Made by a program: the position numbers and the translations under genes. Below the pieces are notes generated by a model. The model was not told the DNA's origin and searched no databases. It was given only the letters and a program-made list of their open reading frames with translations. Of a stretch of 64,000 nucleotides of DNA, positions 1-9,877 are shown piece by piece (the first letter of the stretch is position 1; each line of letters opens with the position of its first letter). The stretch covers positions 444,528-508,527 of the forward strand of contig NW_019217883.1 of NCBI RefSeq assembly GCF_002571385.2, written 5' to 3'. Source of the DNA: Stylophora pistillata. Lineage: Eukaryota.

Positions 1-99
1 TAATACCGCAGTTCAAAATATATGAACTTCATATATTCATTGTATCTGATTTATCATCACGGGTTTATTACGAATCAACTTAACGGCCTGCTCCCAGTT

Positions 100-172
100 G
101 GCTTGTTAGCTCAATTGGTAGAGCGCTGCACTAGTATCGCAGAGGTCAGTGGTTCGAATCCCATACAGGCCT
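100..172 (+). mobile_element. tRNA-Thr(AGT)-like sequence, most likely the core of a tRNA-derived interspersed repeat
   Basis: Cloverleaf with acceptor GGCTTGT/ACAGGCC, A-box TAGCTCAATTGG, anticodon arm around CT-AGT-AT, B-box GGTTCGAATCC, then a T-run. A diverged copy with the same upstream flank (ctcccagttggct) lies on - at ~60300-60480 with a GGT anticodon, which argues for a repeat rather than a housekeeping tRNA. Confidence 0.7.
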
Positions 173-1330
173 GATTTTTTTCAGGTCTGATTTTCGCTAT
201 TGCATAAATAGCGCTATCTACTGCGAAGGATCGTACATCATACGTATTTAATACCGCAGTTCAAAATATATGAACTTCATATATTCATTGCATCAGAATG
301 GAAATTGTTGAACGTGGCAACACTCGAGTTTCCTCACTTTCTTGTTTTCATGGTGTGACGTATTTCCTGTAAATGAGAGTCATCCTATCTGTCACAGCTA
401 AGAAGATAAATAGTAGGGATGTTGAGCTCATTTATTTTAATCCAGGGTTAAAACACTTAACTCCTTTGACTACACCTTTTTTTTGGTGATTTAGAAGTTT
501 TCCACTACCTCTGATATGTTTTGCACTTAATAAACCTTTCAGGCTGTGTTATCAGGACATCGATAATTCCAGAATATTACCAGTATCAAAATATTGTAAA
601 CTCTCATGGGGTGTGCAGGCAACAGCAGTGAAAGAAAAATGCACCATTTTTATGCCAAAATAACTAACAATGTATATTTCTGAAAATATATCAATTTGTC
701 AATATATCAATTAAATCATTCGATTGAACAGCTGATGTTAACACTCTAAATACCAGTAGTCTAAATAAATTATAAATTGTAGAAAAAGTAATACTGCATC
801 ACCATTGTGCAGAAGAAATCTGAATCAAAATGTCCTTATCTCAACGAAGCACAACTGTCCAGAGTTTCAGAAGTACAGCTGATAATCCCTTTAGGATCAA
901 CTACTTCAAGTATTCATTAAAAAAGTTAGTATTCAGTTTCTTTACTAATGCCTCATACCTTGTCTTATTTTAACCAAAATAACTTTTTTGGACATTGTCC
1001 TGTTCCAGCAGCCATATTCAAAAATTATTTCTAGAGTTGATGCTTCAATCACTTTCACCAAAAGTCAGCCTTGTTTGTCAAAAGTTAGAAATTGAAAGCA
1101 AAAAACAAAGAACTAGTTCTATGATACACACTAACCATTAATTCCTCATTAAGATCATTTTTGTTCTCCAATCAAACACCTTGATCTTGTACTCTCATTA
1201 AATAATAACTATTATATCATAACTGCTACTCTGAATTAAATCAAGGATAAATATTGTTTGTCATTTTCATTTAAATTTGTTTTGAAAGCATTGTTTTCCA
1301 TACAAACAACACATTAATTAATGTGCTGTT

Positions 1331-4047
1331 TCACTTTATTTTGGTGAATACCAGCCCTACAAGAATGGCTGCAGTTGCAATAATTATGGCCAGAAGCACT
1401 GGATGAATGCTCCATCCATCACTGCTTTGAGCTGTTGTGTTTCCTTGTGCAGGTTTCTTGGCCATAGCTGCAAATGGACACATCCCAGGAGACTGATCTT
1501 TACTGGTATCAATGCTGCTGTAGACCTCTTCAAATGTCAGCTTCTTTTTCTTCTTGGTCACCTGATCCTCATATCCAGCCAGAGCATCTATCTCCTCAAA
1601 CAAATGGATGTTGAGCAGGAAAACATAATTTGCTTCTTTGACAATCTCATCTGATTTGGCTTTGTCAATGCTGAGTTCATCAAGGCAGGATCTGTACTTG
1701 TTCTTAAACTTCTTAGCATCAGGAATGTTATCAAAAACATAGAAGTGCACTCCTTCTCCAGTACTTGGGAGATCCATAGCTTTAGTGGCCATTTTGCGTA
1801 AGATTTGTCCACCAGACAAATCCCCTAGGTACCTGGTGTAATGATGAGCTATCAATAGAGCTGGGTCCTTATCAGCTACTTCATGGATTCTGTCCACGTA
1901 GGCTTTTGTAGCCGCAGACATTTCAACTTGCTCCTTCCATTCCTCTCCAAAATAAAACTCCATATCTTCTTCCAAGGACTGCAGACGACCAAGTTCTTTA
2001 GGAAAATGCACTGCTTTCAACATGTCATGATCTTTATGTCTCTCACTCTCTCCTTCAAGTGCTCTGAAATATAAATGAGGACTGGACAATTAACACTGAT
2101 ACAATCTGCATTGTTACTCAGTCTTAGGGTTACTTGTCAACTATGGTAAGTAGAATTCTAAAGATAGCATCCCTCGCAAACAGCTAAATAATTTGCTATG
2201 ACTCCAAAGCATGTAGCAGAGGTTTGTGCTCAGAAAGTACCCGTATCTCTCTATAATGCATATCAGTAGCTCTCAATATTGCCGTCTTGAACTGCACTTT
2301 CACATGATGGATTGAAACATATTTTTGCTGTTTGTTATATTTTATACTAGTCTACTACTAATTACATTTTGAGATGGGAATAACTATGGCTGCCATACAC
2401 AGCAGTCAGTACTACGCAACTAAAGAGAAATTTAATCTTCATTGCAGAATCGCATTAGGGAGGGTCACAGCAAACCCACATTGATGTTCCTATCCTTGAA
2501 TGGAAATAAGGGGGAAGGGGGGAGGGTCACAGCAAACCCACATTGATGTTCCTATCCTAGAAAGGAAAAAAAGAGGGAAGGAAGGGTGGGTTGGAAAGTG
2601 GAGTGTAATGAGCAAATGTAGTAGCAGTAAATACAACAAGGTAATAAAACCCAGATAATTATAGAGCTTACCTGTAGACAAAGTAAAGATCAGCCAGTAG
2701 TTCTTTATACCACTGTCTCTCAATTCTTCCTTTGGCAAACTCCTTTACAAAGTGAATGTTTTCTGCTTCTCGGTGGATTGGTTTGGTGCCTTTCTTCAAC
2801 TCCTTTGAGAGATGAATAGAGGGTTCTGTTTCCTCAATTTCTTTATTCACATCTTCTATGATGTCATCAATTGCATTCTGAAAAATCTTTGTCCAACGTT
2901 GACCATCCAGCTTGTCCACCAGTAGTTTGCCATCACTGCAGACAGTCTTGAATGGACATCCTCCCGCTGTCACAAATACGGGACACTCCCCCATTTCGTC
3001 TTTCAAGCCGTGGGACACTTCATGTATCTGCTTAAAAATTTCTACAAGCTTAGCACCATGTGATCCCTCCACAGAGAAGGATGGAAGATTGGCAAGCTTT
3101 TTGTAAACATCTCCAATAGTTTCACTGTCCTTATGAGGGCAGCCATCTTTGAATTCAGGACACTGTTTCAGCTCTTTGTCTAACTGTTTGTCTCCAGCTT
3201 TTGCAAATGGACATCCAGATGCAAATGCAGGGCAAGTTTCTTTTAAATCCATGAGGTTAACAAAATGGGTAGCAGGTTCCTCTGACTTTGACTCCAAAGG
3301 CAACACAGAGTCCACTGGACTGAAAAGTGGCTTTCCTCCACTCTCAACAGCTTTAAATGGACAACCATCCTTCTGAAGAATTGGGCACTTGTCAGCTCTC
3401 TCGTGGCTTACACTGTGAATGACTTTCATGGTCTTCATCAGACCTTCTTTATGGTGGCAGTCCTTGTCGCTGCCTGGAATCTGCGAAAGCTTACTGTAGA
3501 TTTCTTCAATCGTTTTAGAATCCTTGAAGGCACATCCTTCTTTAAACTCTGGGCATTTCTTAATTTCTTCCAAAAGAGCATCATTATCCATGTTGGCAAA
3601 TGGACACCCTTCTTTGAAAGCAGGACACTTTTCCTTAAGTTTACTGACATCAGAGGAAGTTAACCCTTCTAATACAGCTGCTGGTGGCTCTATCAAAGGT
3701 TTTCCTTCCTTGCTGGCTTCTTTGAAAGGACAGCCTTCCTCTGTCTTGAATGCTGGACACTCTCCAACCTTCTCTTCCAGCTTTTTAGACCGAGTGTGGA
3801 TGGCTTTCAGCAAGTTAAGTAGATGTTCATGTGTCGATCCCGAGCGATGTTTTATCTCTGGCATCTTGGAAAGTTCTTTCAGGATGTCCTTCACATTGTC
3901 TGAATTCTTAAAGGGGCATCCTTGTTTGAACTCAGGGCATTTCTTGATTTCTTCCATGAAAAGGTCTTGTGTAATCGTAGAATAAGGACAGCCATCTTTG
4001 AAAGCTGGGCAGCTCTCAGTGACTGATTCTGAGCCATATGACACCAT
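1331..4047 (-). CDS. HMOX: Heme oxygenase with N-terminal triple Cys-Pro repeat domain; coding exons 4047-2672 and 2063-1331, ~702 aa
   Basis: Splice TACAG|gtaag...tttcag|AGCA joins LADLYFVYR-ALEGESERHKDH in frame. HO motifs are present: LSKELKKGTKPIHREAEN (proximal His), HHYTRYLGDLSGGQIL (distal Asp/GG kink), a C-terminal GMCPF CP motif and a hydrophobic tail anchor VLLAIIIATAAILVGLVF. Confidence 0.95.
2458..2559. repeat. Intronic ~40-bp direct duplication
   Basis: gggagggtcacagcaaacccacattgatgttcctatcct occurs twice, about 62 nt apart. Confidence 0.9.
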
Positions 4048-4524
4048 GATGATATCCTATAAGGATGGCAAAATTTAACAGCTGGGACAGACAATCCTCT
4101 AAGGGACCTCCTAAGCAAATCTATATATAATTTAATATTTTCACTCCACAGATCACCAAATGAATTATACCCGGTATCTACCAAACACTTCTCCTAACAT
4201 TTCTGTGAATTTGATATGACAATGTGGTGATCCTATGAGGACAAATTTATTTATTAGTCACTCAAAATTGAATTTTGTTTCTGGAAATTAATTGATGGCC
4301 AGTTCATCCAGTCGAGAAGACTTACACTACAATTCATAGAATTTTCTCAAATCTTGCACACGTTGCAGGCAAACCTTTACCTTTAAATTAAGTCAAAGCA
4401 TACGTTTCCGAGTCAGACGAGGAAATAAAAAACAATTCTTTTGGTGAATACATTCGGGCACGAATCATTAAGGCAAGGCTACAAAAACACAGCTGTAACA
4501 GTTTGAAATGTGCTTGGCCTTCCG

Positions 4525-4549
4525 CTGCTATATAGTATTCATGTGATCA
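4525..4549 (-). promoter_or_regulatory. Putative HMOX core promoter: TATA-like TATATAG next to a TCATGTGA E-box
   Basis: On -, TATATAG lies ~150 nt upstream of a strong donor (AAAG|gtaaag, ~4380) that pairs with an acceptor just before the ATG (cttatag|gatatcatcATG), implying a 5'UTR exon. The E-box is at 4539-4546. Confidence 0.45.
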
Positions 4550-5366
4550 ACCGAAAAAGCGATTTTCGCTAAATTTCATCACCTCATTTTCTGATGATCA
4601 GGTTCGAGATCGAAGTAGCTATTTTGCAATGAGCGTTTGAGGGAATCCATGCCAGAAATTTCGTAGGAAACCAGCTTTCCTCTGGCTATAGATTTCGAAG
4701 AGCCAAAGAAACAAATCTCCACTTGTCTTAAAAGAGCGATTTCTCTGTCCATCCCTGGCGTAGATTTCACGGACAATAACTATAGAATTTTAATTAAGCA
4801 CTATTGGAACAACACTGGCTCGTAAGCATAGGAGACAACCCAGTCGAGCGAAACGACATTTCAAGCTTTGTATCCCGAATTACAATGTTTATTAAAAAAA
4901 TTTATAACCCTTCTATTTGGGTAAAAGATTTAATGTTTCCAAAGAACATAAAAGAAAGAGAAGATTTACCTTCAAATGACTTGAGTAGCGTGTTTCCGTC
5001 TTCTAAGTCTCGCCTTCGTCGGGCCAATGTAGTTAGCATTACGCCACGCCAATACTTTAAGACAAATCCGTAACAATCAACGACCAATGAATTTCCTTTA
5101 TTTTGCTCATGTGATCAGTCATGTGACTCTCTTGTCGGTTTCAGTTTTTGCTGCATCATCTGGCTAATAATAGCCCAGTATTGCGAAAGTAATTGCACAA
5201 CAGTATCCCGTTGCTTGGGCCAGCGTTGTCGCGGTATTTTCCCATAATAGTCAGCCCCGTAACGCCACGGACTGCGACCAGATACTAACGAGACCGAAAG
5301 CCGAGGCAGATAATACAGACATGATCTTACACGACAACCGAATTCAATAATTGTTTTATTATACAT

Positions 5367-5367
<1 letters not shown>

Positions 5368-5420
<53 letters not shown>
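5368..5420 (+). repeat. (TAA)n microsatellite
   Basis: Direct observation. Confidence 0.95.
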
Positions 5421-5422
<2 letters not shown>

Positions 5423-6169
5423 TTAAGCAATGGACATTCCAGTGGGTGGCTCTTCTTTGCCCACTGTTTTCAGATCGAATTTCTACATTTTTTAAATGTA
5501 GATATTCTACAGACTTTGAACTCGACTTGATAAGTGTAGCCTACGAGTAGCCATACCCTCGGGGGTACGACTACACGCAGGCTAGATAAATGCAATATCC
5601 GCCGCAGATATTGGGTTATCATTTCAACTTCACGCACTTTTCATATTGCCCGTATGCCCATGACCAATCAGATTTTTCATAGTACACAAGTTATTCATGT
5701 ATTTACTAATTTTTGTTTTTGTTATTTACAGTTGATGTTCAGTTAACTTCAACAAATACTCACCAGCTGTTTAAGAAAATCATGATTTTTTTTTTTTAGA
5801 TGGTCAGCCGCTGGTCCGAGATGTCGCGACATATTCCCGCAGGGAGTTCTGGCAAATTCGTTACCATTATCAGTTTTGTAAGCATGTTATTGTCTTCTTG
5901 TCTTTAATAAGTAAAGTAAAAACAAGTGCATTTGGGCGTTTTTATTTTCTAGAGGGCGGGGGGGAGGGGAAAGAGAGGAGAGGGGAAGACCCTCAGAGGG
6001 CTCGACAGGCAAACGGAAACTATTAAAATTGTTACTGGCTTGAACTGCGGATCCAAAAGTATCATTGTCATCATGGAGCTGTCTTTGCTATCTTCATGGA
6101 GCTACCATAGCCGTTGTCAAAACACGAGAAATTTTTGGTGAACATTTGGAAATGCAACAAGAATTCCGT

Positions 6170-6660
6170 TCCCCTAAATTCAGACCACCTATTGAACACC
6201 AACCCAATGTGGTTTATAAAATACCCTGTGCCGATTGTAACTGGTGTTATGTCGGTGAAACCAGCCGTTGCTTTGAAACCCGCAAGAAAGAACACATTAG
6301 GAATGTAAAGACATGTGCTAATGGGCCAAACACTTCGAAACATGCATGTTCATTTGATGATCGCATTGATTTCAATCATTCTCGAGTTATCGACAAAGGC
6401 TCTTTTCGTATTAGAAAAACTCTGGAGGCTTGGCACACCTCTGCTATCAAGAATGCGGACAATAACTCCAAGCCGATCCAATAGCCACCCTTTCCATATT
6501 TTTACTTTGTTCTTCTTATCACCTTTATCTCGCTTTTTATAGGCTATATTTTACTAATTTACATTTCAAGTTTTATCCGTGGAAGGCTGTAGATCGACAG
6601 CCGAAAGCTTATGTTTTCCAAAACTTTTGGCCAGAGAACGTTTTCACTGTATTTTAATAT
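6170..6660 (+). mobile_element. Penelope-like retroelement 3' fragment (GIY-YIG endonuclease)
   Basis: NVVYKIPCADCNWCYVGETSRCFETRKKEH...LEAWH is the PLE GIY-YIG signature. It is followed by a degenerate hammerhead-like hairpin GGAAG-GCTGT-agatcg-ACAGC-CGAAA (~6580-6607). Confidence 0.85.
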
Positions 6661-9600
6661 GTCTCATCTTGGCTGCGCCTCTATTTTCAATCATTTGGAA
6701 ATGCGTTATCTACGTTGGGTTTTGGGTTGTCTGAGCAACGAGCAGCTTCCTCAAGTATGCTTTTGTTTTCATTGTACAAAAAAAGGAAACGATGGTCCAC
6801 TTCAATTCAAAATCCTTCTATTTATTACACCTTAAAACGACCAATGGCAAGTTATCTTACTTGATTTACCTCTCTTTGAAACCGTTTTAAGCGCTAAATG
6901 TTGCCAAAAGCCTTTGATTTGCTGAGTGTCTAGAGGGTTTGCAGCGAGTGCTCATTTCGTCTCAGGTAAGAAATTAGTGTTATTTCATTAAATTTACTAA
7001 GAAAATAAACGCCTGGACTCGAGCTACAGGCTAAACGATGCACTTTCGAAAATAGCGTAGCGATATCCCTTACAATTCAAGTTCAACAAGAAATTAGATG
7101 GGCAGTTTAAATTCTTGGTGGCAAAAGGCTCAACTGCCACTTGAAACAACGGAGAAAATTATATCGCATCTCCAAGGTAAGAAAAGCGAGAAAACACAAA
7201 TTGACAAACAAGACAAAATCGGCTATCATGTTTTATCGAGATATGAAGTCAGTACTTTGAAAATAAGGTAAACATGCAGTGGTGGTAAGGCGTTTGATGT
7301 CGATGACCTTTCTTCTCGATGAAAAGAAAGCTCAGTGAAGAATAAGCGGCGCACACAGAATAGCCGAGATGATGTAAGGAATCTTCTAGTCTAGCATCCC
7401 GCCTCACGTCTAATGATTGCAATTTCCGAAGGGGAAAGAGGCAATGATGATTCGAAGTCTCACAAGCCTTTTCAACTGAGCAAACAAATATTAAAAGCTG
7501 CAAATGGTGTTGAATTTCCTTCTTGTGCAGACTACCACTGAGTAGTTCAATTTGAATTAATTCGTACATGGTGCATTTTACATTTGTTTTACAGTAATTC
7601 AACTTCTTTCTTACATGCATTTATTTCTATCCCACAACCAATTTTCGAAACCCACATCGTAACATAACAGAGATCAATACTGGCAATGAATTAAATGCAC
7701 CCAAACGAGAAAAAAGTATCATGGTAATCTAATAAGAGAGACCCTTTCAGAGCAAGTCGTTCGCGTTGCTAATTAGACTACGAGCAGTGTCTCCTTTTCG
7801 GTGAATATTAATAATAATAATAATAATAAATTTATAGAGCGCATTAACTATTGGTCAATATTCAAAAGCGCTGTACAATAATATATATATATATATCAAA
7901 TAGACCAAAAGTCTATTATGTTGTTCGAGTAAAAAAAGTTAGTGAAAAAATCAATGTTGGCGCACAGGGCATTAGCATTAATTCCAAAGTTCCGCACTGC
8001 GTGTTAACATCAACTTTTGTAATTTTTTTGACAGATTTTTTTTACTCGCGCGAAAGACTTCGCTTAAATAAAGCGACTGCTCTTAGATTACTGAATTTGG
8101 ACTTTGAAATGTTGTAAATTGGAAAATAGTGACTTTGCATTCCTGTTGCCTGGGCGCTCCCGGCCTTTGAGAGCTACATCAGTGCATCTCTTGGAAAAGA
8201 CAAAATCTACACGACGGGCTCTTGATGAAGTTGTTACTAGGGTTTAATCCTCATACCTTGAGACACTATCCTGTAGTAAGAGAGTGTTTACAGGTTGGGA
8301 CATACAAGAAAAGTAACGTTGTCTACTAACTGCAGATATAATGGCGGACAGTCTCTGTGCAATTTGCTCTGGTAAATGTGTTTGGTAGCTAAGTACGAAG
8401 ACTTCAATCTGTATTAAGATGGACAATAGTAAATTAATACTCCTATTCTGTAAGTGCCTCCTATAGAGGCAAAACAAAGCAAAAAAACTAACAAACAAAC
8501 AAACAAAAATGCACATGACGTTTACCTTTCCTGAGAGTTAGCTAGGTCTGATCCTGTGAACTTGTGACACTCCTTCAGAAAGAGACCGCTTTCCGTTTGA
8601 GCGAAGTAACCAAAAACTAACGTAATAGCGGGAGAAAATCAGATTCTACGAAAATTCCACAAGACGACGATGATAAAGCAAAATCAAACAAACTACGAAA
8701 GCGCGCGAAAACGCGGGAGACCAAGTTGCGATTGGTCGCAATTGGATTTAGTTTAGTTGTTCTCATTGGTTGAGAGGACGACGTTTTTTTTGGGGGGCCA
8801 ATCACAGGGCAACGGGAGATAAACCTAATGGACTACCGGATTATTATGGGCACTCAATCAAAAACTGCTTGTAGCGTCTAACCTGACTAATACTCTGAAT
8901 TGTTTCCTCTCAGATATTTGCAAAAAGAACTAAAACAAGAGAGCAGTCGCAGCTTTCATAGCCAGACGCCATGTGTCTTTATGCAATAATCATGCAAAGA
9001 ATGAAAAGGAAAAGTACAATGCAGAATGGAGAAAAGAAGCAAACCAGCCTCTCTCATCAAGATGATGTTTCCCCTGGCGTTGCTTATTCACTGACAAAGA
9101 AAAGTCTTTCTAAGAAAGAAATAGATAAAAATATATGACAACATGCTGGATAAAGTATAGCGACGCTGAGTCAAAGCCTCATTGTAACTCTCCCTTCCTA
9201 ATAATTTGAGGATAAAATAATATCTAAATGCAAATACCGAAAAAGGCAAGGAGGAAATCCTTCAGTTAATTTTTTTTTTACCTAACTTAAGAATACGAAA
9301 TGTGTTCAAGAGCATTAATTCGTGGAAAAAAAATTCCGTTGCTGTAAGCTATTAATGAGAAATCTTGTAAGAAATTTCACTGTCACATTGTATTACATTG
9401 ACGAGACAGTCAAATAAAATCACTGTTTAAAAAAACAAAAAACCTTCACGGGTTATTTTAAACACGTCAAGGCCCACTTCAAGGGAAAAATTAATAAAAG
9501 TTAATGACAAGTCGTTAGAATCGAAATCTCGATCCTAAAAAGGCTGTTACATAAAAACTCTGTCTAACACACCTCAAACAAGTAAAGGAAAAAAGAGAGA

Positions 9601-9877
9601 ATTATTTGAGTAGCGCAGCTATCACTGATGGGAAGTTCCGTTTACAACAAATAATAGGTCTTTTGCAATTTTCCTTCAATGGCGAACGATTTTGCTTGCT
9701 AAAATCTTCAACCAACTCAATATCCTTCAAACATTTGCCTGCGTTAAGGTTTTTCTTTCCCAGTGGCGGGGAGCATTTAGGAGTTAATAAAGCTGTTTAA
9801 GGTGAAAAGCAGTTCAGACCGCCATTTTCACTGACTTAAGTTAATTTCCAATGGCTTTCAAACTTTTGTTTCATCAT

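Noticed and set aside
2912-3985. Plus-strand ORFs (GHP/NGHP-rich, up to 153 aa) over the HO repeats
   Set aside because: They are antisense shadows of the repetitive CP-coding exon.
4653-4700. Possible heat-shock element (AGAAATTTCG...GGAA) upstream of HMOX
   Set aside because: Only two correctly phased nGAAn units, which is expected by chance in AT-rich DNA.
7249-7620. 123-aa minus-strand ORF with a plausible acceptor at ~7477
   Set aside because: No recognisable homology and no convincing upstream exons.
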